64,000 bases of DNA, taken from assembly GCA_965220315.1 (NCBI GenBank), contig CBDCPP010000002.1, positions 579,088-643,087 on the forward strand. Direction: 5' to 3'. The notes beneath the pieces are model-generated. The model saw nothing but the letters and a program-made list of their open reading frames with translations. It searched no databases and had not been told where the DNA came from. How positions within the stretch are numbered: position 1 is the stretch's first letter; each line of letters begins with the position of its first letter. Position numbers and translations under genes: made by a program. The DNA is from Dehalococcoidia bacterium. GTDB taxonomy: Bacteria; Chloroflexota; Dehalococcoidia; Bin125. Shown here one piece after another: positions 45,101 through 54,200 of this stretch.

Positions 45101-47440
45101 GGCATCAGCGACCTGGCGACCCTCAAGAACGACACCAACGTCGTCCAGCGCACGATCCGGGAATGGGGTCGCATCATGTGGCACGACTTCCGGCCCGTGT
45201 TGGAACCGGCGCTCAAGGCCATCTATGCCATGGAGGAGACCGGCAAGAAAGCCGGGCTGGAGCGGGCGCTGCACCATCTCGCGGCCGAAGCCGAGCGCAT
45301 CGCCGAGGTCTACGCCGACATGGGGGCGGATCACGCCGGCCCCCTCTTCAACAAGGTCATGGGCAACCAGGCCAGCGACGGCGCCTACTTCACCCGGCCC
45401 GTGGCCGCCTCGATCGCCGCCCGTCTCGCCCTGGACGCCTGTGGCGAGGCGGATTGGTCCGCCGCCCGAACCTGGCAGGACCACAAGATCGTGGACCTCG
45501 CCTGCGGCAGCGGCACCCTGCTCGCTGCCATGCTCACCGACATGAAACGGCGCGCCAGAGAGCGCGGGGCCAGCAAGAACCAGCTCGCCGATCTGCAGAA
45601 GCTGGCCGTCGAGGACACGATCACGGGGCTGGATATCAACCCGATCTCGCTCCAGCTGGCGGCAGCGCAGCTGACCGCAGGGAACCAAGAGATCCGCTAC
45701 CGCCGGATGGGGTTGCACTGCATGCCCTACGGCCCACGCCGGGATGATTCAACCCGGGCTTCCACCGGCACGCTGGAACTGTTGGAGCAGAAGGCCATCA
45801 TCCCGAGAGCGCATGAATTGGACCTCGCCGGCGACAGCGAAATCGCGGCGCGGGCCACCTGGGATCCCGCTGACGACGCCGAATTAGAGGATGCCGTTGC
45901 CGCCGCCATGGATGCCCGCATCGTCATCATGAACCCCCCCTTCACCAACCGGGCCAAGATGGGCGCGAAGTTTCCCAAGGCAACGCAGGACCAGATCCGC
46001 TCCCGGACCGACGCCCTCGAGGGACTGCTCGTGGGCGCGGACCCGAGCCTGACGGGATTCGCGGATAAAAACTCGCTCAGGCCGCTCTTTGTGGCCCTGG
46101 CGGATCGTGTGCAAACGCGGCCCGATGGGGTGGTGGCGATGATCAACCCGACCATCGCGCTGTCAGCCACGTCGGGGCTAGAGGAACGGCAGATCCTGGC
46201 CCAGCGGTTCCACATCCACACAGTGCTGACCTGCCACCAGCCCGGCAACATCAACATGAGCCAGAACACCAGCATCAACGAGAGCATCGTGGTGATGCGC
46301 CGCCACGAGGCCGGCCCCAAGCCTCCCACGCGCTTCGTCCACCTGGACAGGTTCCCAGCTGACGAGAGCCAGGTGGAGGATCTATACCGCCACCTTCAGT
46401 CATGTCCTCAAGGGCAGATGTCGAACGGCTGGGGAGAGGTCTCTGAGTGGCCCGCCGACCGTATGGAGGAGGGCGACTGGTCGCCGGCCATCTGGAGGTC
46501 GCCGGAACTGGCTGAAACGGCGCGGAAGTATGCAAATAGCCCGTACTTAACCGAAATAGGAATCCCGGACCGCACAGCTCACGCTTCAAGCCAAAGGCTA
46601 TACGAGAACTTCGAAAAATCACCAATGGATCACCCAGGAATGATACCCGTGATTGGGTCGAAAGGGGCCGGAGGGCAGAAAACCATCAGGGCTACACCAG
46701 ATGAGAACTGGATCCCGAGACAAGGACGAGAATCTCAAGCAGAGCACTATGGTAAATGGCACTCACACCTCCTCGTCACCGCCGGACAAGCAACAAACAC
46801 AGCACGCTTGACCGCAGTCGCCAGCGAAACCAAATACATTGGAGGAGGATGGTTCCCTGTTACAGGAACACAATTGGACGAATCGAAAGCCATTGCTGTC
46901 TTCCTGAACTCTACCGCCGGGCGACTGCAATTCATGCGAAGTCCCGGAAGAAAACTAGAATTCCCGAAGTACCAACCGGATGTGATCAACACCCTCCGCA
47001 TCCCCGAGGTCAGAGACGCCCGTATCCGCAAAATCCTCGCCGACTGCTGGGAGCGCACCAAGGAGATGGAAGTGCCGCAGTTTCGCGACGGGGAGTGCGA
47101 GGTTCGCGTCCTCTGGGACAATGCCGTCGCCGAGGCCATGAATTGGAACGTCGAAGACCTGGCCCACTCCCGCCAGATGCTTCACAACGAGCCGCACGTC
47201 CGCGGGCTCGGCTACAACGAGTATGGCGACGCGCTTGAGGACGGCGATGATACCGATCCACTCCCCGGCGTCGCGGTTGAAGTAGCGATCGCGCCAAAGC
47301 ACGATCTGGAACAGGCCTACTTCTGGACCCCCGAGTGGCAAGAGGCCGAAGCGAAAGCCGATCGGGACTTCGCCAACGAGGACTACTACGAAACGGGCGA
47401 CGTCGAGGACCTCATTCGCTGGCTGAACGATGGAGAATAA
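42179..47440 (+). CDS. single-polypeptide Type ISP-like restriction-modification enzyme: Mrr-family nuclease + SF2 helicase-like ATPase + gamma-class N6-adenine methyltransferase + C-terminal target recognition domain
   Basis: The N-terminus has DPGIDAVAIRRSDGAHIAIQCK (Mrr catalytic-domain motif). Helicase motifs follow: I (LPCGTGKTRISL), II (VLVADEAHRTAG) and VI (QAVGRAMR). The methyltransferase has motif I (VDLACGSGTLL) and motif IV (IMNPPFTNR). About 500 aa remain at the C-terminus. The probable start is the ATG at 42179 with a GGAGAG ribosome-binding site (ORF-track start 42083). Confidence 0.75.
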   Translation: MPGTTAQETIAAALDTLAEKGPHATDGKWLEDLTVAVAPYLKEWDVACCYAWSDWPERETHFPGTTNQDPGIDAVAIRRSDGAHIAIQCKARQLDAHGRGAPIAKGETADFASASAGSFWAERWLVTNGDNPLNAGARQVLSMADTPIKWINLTTDLEQQPAGGPAEECPHCQPHPAGESPRQTKSCMQNEAVTRSVRLLKEHEDSASGGCPVGQARGRLILPCGTGKTRISLRIIEALTPRGGLSIVLCPSIALVAQIRREYLQHTTKTVRALAVCSDKTAGYDPRKEGTRNTAKDPTVDNSNVSAAEVKGKVTTDAGEIARWVREGTDTEAVNVIFGTYQSGLRVSEALCQTGATAAVLVADEAHRTAGLRRKRKAKTGQASEDEQRIRDFTLCHDNTAFPATYRVYQTATPRIYTEAAPRGDSDWLVRSMDDETVFGVDLYRKSYVEAVSNGWLADYRIIALGVNDPAAYEAANALAQKTAGAGKQALTTTHFLRGLALALVVGGATQDEESGAIAIKSCIAFMNTVARSDKMAEALQSAPVRDWLRQWLHDNRNGQPAASYTLEHLDATSNVSSRESAKLRLAQASEEKPHGVINVGIFGEGTDSPSLSAVAFLEPRKSPIDVVQAVGRAMRTAPGKEYGYIICPVLIPLAGDPEQWLSSSGPDDGWQELGQILRALRAHDSRIEEELAELLHLYVPTPPKTQRTLVALASGMQKRIRYVVHDGAPGEAQAAVERVLDGASTIAKEFQPIRALAAAAPAAPQDSAPLQYSPPGEHGGPLAPGHQIAERPEPVQIVTGKRNQDGSVELRLAGVSRAKPRADGNLGPVDIGKTKAKAKAMINNGAGSRLPAGKQKAARRTREEIAEQTALRLLDLSGLGEHGNAITVNLLSRSGLSDNRILRDLNLLEAGVSEAAHHLRSDGLATALDAYFGLDNLEPSARTQQADGCTIAALLMMNAAMLHQRIHSGGWLSGISDLATLKNDTNVVQRTIREWGRIMWHDFRPVLEPALKAIYAMEETGKKAGLERALHHLAAEAERIAEVYADMGADHAGPLFNKVMGNQASDGAYFTRPVAASIAARLALDACGEADWSAARTWQDHKIVDLACGSGTLLAAMLTDMKRRARERGASKNQLADLQKLAVEDTITGLDINPISLQLAAAQLTAGNQEIRYRRMGLHCMPYGPRRDDSTRASTGTLELLEQKAIIPRAHELDLAGDSEIAARATWDPADDAELEDAVAAAMDARIVIMNPPFTNRAKMGAKFPKATQDQIRSRTDALEGLLVGADPSLTGFADKNSLRPLFVALADRVQTRPDGVVAMINPTIALSATSGLEERQILAQRFHIHTVLTCHQPGNINMSQNTSINESIVVMRRHEAGPKPPTRFVHLDRFPADESQVEDLYRHLQSCPQGQMSNGWGEVSEWPADRMEEGDWSPAIWRSPELAETARKYANSPYLTEIGIPDRTAHASSQRLYENFEKSPMDHPGMIPVIGSKGAGGQKTIRATPDENWIPRQGRESQAEHYGKWHSHLLVTAGQATNTARLTAVASETKYIGGGWFPVTGTQLDESKAIAVFLNSTAGRLQFMRSPGRKLEFPKYQPDVINTLRIPEVRDARIRKILADCWERTKEMEVPQFRDGECEVRVLWDNAVAEAMNWNVEDLAHSRQMLHNEPHVRGLGYNEYGDALEDGDDTDPLPGVAVEVAIAPKHDLEQAYFWTPEWQEAEAKADRDFANEDYYETGDVEDLIRWLNDGE

Positions 47441-47696
47441 GCTGCGGGCCTCGCGGCGCTTTCAACAGAGCTACCGTAAGAAGACCCCCGAACAGCAGCA
47501 GGCGATCGCGGCGGCGTTGACCCGCATGCAGACATCCATCGATCACGCCTCCCTCCGCGTCCGCAAGATCCAGGGGCACGACAATATCTGGGAGGCGCGT
47601 GCCGGCTTGTCGCTCCGCATCACCTTCACCCGCGACGACGGGGGCCTCTACCTGCGCACGAACTGCAGTCACGACCAGGTCTACCGCAGCCCCTAA
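47430..47696 (+). CDS. RelE/ParE (HigB-like) family toxin
   Basis: The 88-aa protein has a C-terminal ...RKIQGHDNIWEARAGLSLRITFTRDDGGLYLRTNCSHDQVY matching the RelE/ParE fold pattern (G.DN.WE.R...RI.F........L....H.EVY). Its start overlaps the RM gene stop by 11 nt. Confidence 0.5.
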   Translation: MENKLRASRRFQQSYRKKTPEQQQAIAAALTRMQTSIDHASLRVRKIQGHDNIWEARAGLSLRITFTRDDGGLYLRTNCSHDQVYRSP

Positions 47697-47749
47697 CGAG
47701 CCGACTCGGTGGCCTCCATCCCAGCCTGATTAATCGGAGACGGCATGCC

Positions 47750-48079
47750 ATGGACCTCAAAACACGGACCGTCCGTGAAAAGCTCATCTGGGTCGCCGAG
47801 CACAAGGAGACGATCGCGTACTCCGACGTGGCGCGCATCGCCGATCTGCCCGTGCGCGACCGCGGCCTGTTTCAGATCCTGGACGACATCAGCACCCACG
47901 AGCACAAGGCTGGCAGGCCGCTGCTAACGGCGGTCGTGGTCCGCAAGGGGGACGGCATGCCCGGCGCGGGCTTCTTCAAGTTGGCAACGCGGTTGGGGCA
48001 CCATCGCGCTGGCGCGTACAGAACGCGGTTCTGGGACAGAAAGCTATACTGGACACGGGACCGGGTCTACGCGCGGTAG
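47750..48079 (+). CDS. hypothetical protein, possible HTH partner of the RelE-like gene
   Basis: MDLKTRTVREKLIWVAEHKETIAYSDVARIADLPVRDRGLFQIL has a possible HTH (TIAYSDVARIADL). It lies 54 nt downstream of the toxin-like gene in a lower-GC islet. Confidence 0.35.
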   Translation: MDLKTRTVREKLIWVAEHKETIAYSDVARIADLPVRDRGLFQILDDISTHEHKAGRPLLTAVVVRKGDGMPGAGFFKLATRLGHHRAGAYRTRFWDRKLYWTRDRVYAR

Positions 48080-48424
48080 GCCAGCGTCTGACTTTGTTGA
48101 CATGAGGCGCCCATGTACCGTGCGGCCTGTGATCACGCCTAGTGTAAAGCTTCTTAACAGCGGCCCATGCCCTATAATCGAATAGTCGCGCGCGATTAAA
48201 GAGCATCCCCGCCGCGCAACTCGAGAAGAGGGCTTGGTGAGCGCCCCCAACCCTCCGCGACCGGCAGGGAACCCTGCCCCAAAAAAGGCGGGGCCGCAGG
48301 GCCCTACGCAGGATGATTGGGCTGAGCGTATTCAGATCGCCAAGACCGCTCGCGAGCAAGGCCGGAAGGCGCGCGAAGGAATACCACCTTCCCGCCCTGG
48401 CCCTCGGATTCCACTATCGAAGTC

Positions 48425-49276
48425 ATGACTGAGCCAGGGCACGATCGCAGCCCACTCTACGAAGCCCACAACGCGCAACGGTATGAGCGGCAGACGCTAA
48501 TTCGCGCTTACCAAGACGCCTACTCCTGCCGGCTCGTTGTGCTATTGGGGTTCTTGTTCCCCAATAGCGTGACTCTTTTTGAAGACACGCTCTATGACGC
48601 CACCCCGCAGGAGGACTTGCACATCATGTTGCAGACCCCTGGCGGAGATGGAGAAACGGCACTTCGGCTTCTGCGCCAGGCGCAATCGCGGTGCAAGAGG
48701 CTGACTGTCATGATTCCCGATCAGGCCAAGAGCGCCGGAACGCTCTTCGTTCTTGGCGCGGACGAGATCTATATGGGGCCAACGAGTGATCTTGGCCCAA
48801 TCGACCCGCAATTCCGAATGTCTGACAACTCCGTCGTGCCAGCCCGAGCGATCATTGCGGCAGTCAGAGATGCAGAGGAACGGGTCCAGAAAAGCCCCGA
48901 TACGTATGCGCTTCACGCATCGCTGTTGAGCAACATCACATCCATGCAGGTACAGCAGGCAAAAGACGCGATCGCCCGCACTGGCGATCAGCTGAAAGAG
49001 GCCCTTGCCTGCGCCGGGGGAAGAGACGAAGGCCAACTTGAAAAGCTCGCAAGCGATCTGCAAGAGCCGCTAGTGGAATCTCCGCAGAGCCATGGAACCA
49101 CGATATCGGCCGCGGATGCCAAAAAGTTAGGCCTCCCCGTTCGGATAGCAGACCCACTGGAACCACAGTGGCAAGACGCTTGGCGGATGTGGGCGAAATA
49201 CGCGGCGGCCGGTGCTGGGTATGGCGGGATGTCGGTGTACGAGGGGCAAAAGGCCTCACACTTAATCCCTGCATAG
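48425..49276 (+). CDS. SDH-family (serine dehydrogenase proteinase, ClpP/crotonase fold) serine peptidase
   Basis: LHIMLQTPGGDGETALRLLRQAQSRCKRLTVMIPDQAKSAGTLFVLGADEIYMGPTSDLGPIDPQ matches the ClpP-like fold with its nucleophile Ser in the AKSAG context. Confidence 0.55.
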   Translation: MTEPGHDRSPLYEAHNAQRYERQTLIRAYQDAYSCRLVVLLGFLFPNSVTLFEDTLYDATPQEDLHIMLQTPGGDGETALRLLRQAQSRCKRLTVMIPDQAKSAGTLFVLGADEIYMGPTSDLGPIDPQFRMSDNSVVPARAIIAAVRDAEERVQKSPDTYALHASLLSNITSMQVQQAKDAIARTGDQLKEALACAGGRDEGQLEKLASDLQEPLVESPQSHGTTISAADAKKLGLPVRIADPLEPQWQDAWRMWAKYAAAGAGYGGMSVYEGQKASHLIPA

Positions 49277-49429
49277 GCATCGTGGAAGTCTGCGCAGCCC
49301 GCGACGACGAAGTCGCCACGCGTGCCGACCTGACGGCGCTGGAGCTACGGCTGACCCTCTGGATGGGCTTCGGCTTCGCGCTCACGCTGGGCATCCTCAT
49401 CCCCCTCGTCGCGCTGACGTGAAGCACCC

Positions 49430-50100
49430 GTGCCAGAGATCGCTCCGTCGTTTGCTGTGTGGTGTTTGAATGCGGAGCTGAAACGGCAGGGCCTCCCGAA
49501 GCGAACAGGATGGCCGTGGGCCCGACAATTGGCGGTTCCGTACACAAAGCTGCACGCCACGCTCCGCTCCCTCTTTCTCGAGGCCATCGTTCTTGGGGCT
49601 CGTGATCCTGCTTTGGGAGTGAGCCTGATCTGTGAAGAGTGGGAAGCAATCATCGACAGTCCGATGCGTGTGACAGATCCCGATAAAAGCATCGCGGTGC
49701 TGGAGGAGATGTTCTCTGAGATGGTCCTTAACGATCTCACTGCGTGGTCGACAAGTTATGCAATCGCCAAAGTGTTGCGTGAAGCGGTAGATCGGCCCCT
49801 CGCAGCAAACGACTCCCCCTCCCTCCGCTGTACCAGTTGTTCCACCAGCATGGAGAAAGGATTCCCTGGCGCGAAGTTGAGACCACATTGGTGCGGAATT
49901 GGGTGAGCGCGCAGTTCGCGGCCGCCCTCTGGCATGGGATGAAACGATCAGACGATCACGAGATCACTTCGATGGCGGCGCCGATTCTCGGCCGAGAAGT
50001 TAGGCTCTTCGACGCAGTTCATCCAACGAAGCACGCCCCAGACGACCAGCTTGTCGCAGCGATACAGCAGCGTGGAATCAGCATGGAGAAGTTTTGGTAG
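49430..50100 (+). CDS. hypothetical protein, apparently split by a +1 frameshift near 49840-49906
   Basis: Two overlapping ORFs (49430-49906 and 49837-50100, the latter with a TTG start) have protein-like composition. The overlap falls in a CCCCCTCCCTCC run. Confidence 0.3.
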
Positions 50101-50412
50101 GTCCACGTCTCGGTCCGCACGATACAGATGCGCAGTACCTCAATGGATAGACGCAACGCTAACTGCCTCCCGTGTACCCGCTCCTCTTTTCCCACGGCGC
50201 GATCATGTCCGCTAAGGGCCGCTATCGGTCAAGCAGGGCGTTGCCGGGACGGCCCCGAGGGACAGCCCCGATTGACAGCACGGATGGACAGCAAAGACAC
50301 TAGACGCACGTGGAGCCGGTCGGGTTGTCAGCCCGCAAGCGCTCGGCAAGGTAGCGGCCTATCCGAGCGCGCCCGGCCCCGCGGCATCGTACCGCACGCC
50401 CCCGCTGTGCCC

Positions 50413-51077
50413 CTATCGGGTCGGGTCGGCACTCAGTTCAATAGCACAGGTTAGGCTCGTCTCGATCATCCAGCGCTCGCCTTGGGCGGGCGACGGAGCC
50501 CCGTCGGAGAACGCGGCGACGAAGTCCGCGAAGGGCACGTGGCGTTCGAACCAGAAAAGCACGCAGACGCAGGCCTCCGGCGTGGCATCCTCGCGACACC
50601 CCGTCAGGAAGGGCTCGACGATGAACGCAGGATACGGCGCGGCCACGAACTCCAGATCCGGCTCGGCGTTCAGCTCGGCAGCACAATGCACCGTGGCCTC
50701 GGCGGCCCAATCCAAACCCCGGTCGCTGGAAATCAGATCGGGCAACGCGTCATCCAAGTCTGCGGCGGGAACGTTCTGCGCGAACCAGTCAAAGGCACAG
50801 GCGCAGAACGCAGCCGGGCTGGCGCGTCGCTGGCCAGGCCACGATGATCGGACAACTGTTCCTCCCATTCGTCCACGGTCGGGAGATCATCGAGGGTCGC
50901 GGTCACCGGCTCGCGCGGCCGCGGTGCGGGCTTGGGCGGGGCGCCGGTGTCGACGACTCGGACGCGGTCACGGTCGTGCGGGCGAAGTCTTGGCCGCCGT
51001 CGTCCGAGCGGGCCGACACGATGTAGAACACGGCCACACCAATGATGATGCCAGCCCACACCCACAGCGCGCGCATT
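50413..51077 (-). pseudogene. membrane-anchored protein with an internally duplicated Cys-rich domain, broken across three frames
   Basis: The ATG at 51077 encodes a TM helix (MRALWVWAGIIIGVAVFYIVSAR). A Pro-rich linker (APPKPAPRPREP) follows in a second frame. A tandem domain (AFCACAFDWFAQNVPAADLDD... / EACVCVLFWFERHVPFADFVAAF...) follows in a third. Both frame switches fall in GC homopolymer-rich runs. Confidence 0.3.
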
Positions 51078-51282
51078 ACTTTTCGGTCGTCCGTCTCTCC
51101 GAATGACGTTCCGTGACCGATGTCCTCCTAGAAGACGTCAGGATCAGATCATTTGATTGCAATGGGGGGAACTCCAGGGAAATACCCACCGTGGGTTCGC
51201 GCCGGGATCTGCCTCGGCACGACCTCCGATCGTGGGTCCCGGTCGGCGCCCGCAGTGAGTCGTCGGTTGGTGGCAAGCTCCC

Positions 51283-54200
51283 TTAGCCGCCGACCGTCTG
51301 GGCACGCGGCGCCACCACCCAGAGCACGTCCCCGGGTGCGATGGCGAAGCCCCCGCGCCCCAGGGCGGGGAGGTAGGCACGGTCCCAGGCCCGGGTGGCG
51401 CGGGTGTACTGCCAGACGACCGTCACGTCCGTCCCGTCGAACAGATCGGCCGCCCGCGTGGCCGCCCCCGGCGGCACGACCACCAGGTCGCCGCCCGCCC
51501 GCAGATCCAGGGTGATGGGGTCGGCGACGGGCGCAGTTGGGGGCGGTGTCCCCGCCACGGGCAGCGTCTGGGCCACCGATGCCACGACCCAGAGCACGTC
51601 GCCGCCCGCGATGGGAAAGCCGCCGCGGCCCAAGGCGGGCAGGTAGGAGCGGTCCCAAGCCCGCGTGGCTCGGTTGTACTGCCAGGCGATCGTCACGTCC
51701 GTCCCGTCGAACAGATCGGCCGCCGTGGTGGCCGCCCCCACCGGCACGGGGACGAGGTCGCCGCCCGCGCGCAGATCGAGGGTGAGGCCGGGCGGCGCTG
51801 CGGCGACCGCCCCGTCGCCGAGCCGCACCCGGTAGGTCTTCGTGCGCTGGCCGTCGGCCGCGGTCACGGTGACGGTGATCGCGGCGAGCCCGGCCAGGGT
51901 GATCTGGTGGCCGTTCGTCTCGTCGCCGTCCGCGTCGGGCGGGGCGATCGCGATGGCCGTCCGGCGCTGCAGCGCCGCTGCCGTGACCGTAGTCTCCGCC
52001 ACGCCCTCGGCGATGACGCCCTCGTAGCCGGTCTGGCTCGGGTCGAACGCCCCGATGGCGATGCCGCTAAGGGTGAGCGCCGCCAGCCGGGCGTCGCCAG
52101 CGTCGGGCATGTTGTAGGTGTAGACGCGGTCGTCGCTGGCGTCCACCACGTACATCACGTCGCCGTCGGACCAGATGCCGCGGGGGCTGTTGTTGCTGGC
52201 GCTGCTGAGATGGGTGAAGTCCTCCTCGCGAACGCGCTCGAGTTCGTCGGCCTCGTCCTCTGCTCCCTGCTCGTCTGCCGGAACGGGCAGGCGGTAAGCA
52301 AAGAGGCGCCTGGGGCTGGCACCGGCGTCGGAGATCCAGACGGTCACCCGGTCCGACCAGATGCCCTGGGGGTCGCTGTTGCGGGCGGCGAGGGGGTAGG
52401 CGGCCAGTAGGGCGCCGCTCGCCAGGGCGTAGACGAAGACGCGGGTGGCACGATCGTCGAGCACCCAGATCAGGGTTGCGTCGGCCCAGAGGCCGCGGGG
52501 GTCGCCGTTGCGGGCGTCGAGCGCGATGTCGCGGTCCTCGAGCCGCTCGCCGGTGGCGAGGTCGTAGGCGAAGAGCTTGTCCTGGCCGCTGTCGGAAACC
52601 CAGATGGTCGTGCCGTCGGCCCAGATCCCGCGGGGGGCGCGGTTCTTCTCGTCGAGCGGGAACTCCCGCTCCTTGAGGCGGTCGCCGGTCTGCAGGGCGT
52701 AGGCGTAGACCCCGTCGCCGGCGCCGTCGGGGTTGTCGGCCACCCAGAGGGTCGTGCCGTCGGCCCAGGCGCCGGTGGGCGCGGCATTGCCGCCGTCGAG
52801 CGCGGCGAGGTCATGCTTCACGGTCCACTCGAAGTCGCGATCGCTGGGCGACGGGCCGTCGCCACCCCCGCCCCCGCCGCCGCCACCGCCACCCGTCGTC
52901 GGCGTCGCGGCAGTAGTGGGCGGGTAGGCGCGGAATATGGTCACGTGGTAATCCCGGGTGCTGTAGCCGTCCTTCGCCCTGACCTTCCAGTTGACGAAGT
53001 TACGGCCGGACTTCATCAGGGGTACTCGGATGCTGTGGGTGTGTGGGTCGACGTCCATGGTGTCCCCGAGCGTTTCGAATGTGGCGTCCGGGTCTTTCAG
53101 CGTGAAGGTGACGGTGACCTCCGTGACTGCATAGTCGACTTCCGCCTGGTAAGACGTGGCGCCCGGCTCCGTGAAGGCGGGGTCCAAGGTGCCGCTGCTC
53201 AGCGTCAGCGCGCTCAGCCCCGTTTCGCCCGGGAGCAGGCACGCGGTGTTGGCCCCGGTGAAGAAGCGCAGGCCGGCGTTGGTGAGCTTGGCGCGGAGGG
53301 CGGCCTCGGTCGGGTCCGTGGTGAAGGTGTTGCCCGAGATGTCGAGGAAGGTGAGGGACGTGGCGAACGGGTCGAACCGGGTCAGGTCCAGGGCGGTCAG
53401 GGCGTTGCAGGAGAGGTCGAGCTGAACCAGGCCGGTCAGCCCGTCGAAGATGTCCGCGGGCAGGGCCGTGATGTCGTTGTCGGTCAAGTAGAGAGAGGAA
53501 AAGCCGGCGCCCAGCGGGTCGAACAGGTCGGCCTCCAGCGTTGTGAGGTTGTTGTTCGACAGGAAGAGCCATGACAGGCCGTCCAGCCCCTCGAAGATGT
53601 CCTCGTGCAGGGACGTGAGGCCGTTGTCGTGCAGGGAGAGACCCGTCAGGCTGTCGAGCGGGTCGAAAATGTCCTCGTGCAGCGTCGTGAGGTCGTTGTT
53701 CCCCAGGATGAGCGTTTTCAGGCCGGTGAGTCCGTCGAAGATGTCCTCGTGCAGGGACGTGAGGCCGTTGTCGCTCAGTGGGAGATACGTCAGGCTGTCG
53801 TCCAACGGGTCGAACAGGTCGGTCTCCAGTGTGGTGAGGCTGTTCCGTTGCAGCCAGAGCTCCTTGAGGTTGACCAACCCGTCGAAGACGTCCTCCGGGA
53901 GCGTCGCGAGACTGTTGTCGTTCAGGGTGAGTCTCTCCAGGCCGGTGAGTCCGTCGAAGATGTCCGCGTCCAGGGTCGTGAGGCTGTTGCCGTACAGGTG
54001 GAGCTCCTTCAGGCTGTCGTCCAACGGGTCGAAGAGCCCGGCGGGCAGCGACGTGAGGCCGCTATCGAAGATCAAGAGCTCCTGGAGGTTGACCAACCCG
54101 TCGAAGACGCCGGCGGGGAGCGTCGTGAGGGTGCTGTTGCCGGTCAGCCCGAGCACAGTCAGGCCGGTAAGTCCGTCGAAGATGTCGGCGTCCAGGGTCG

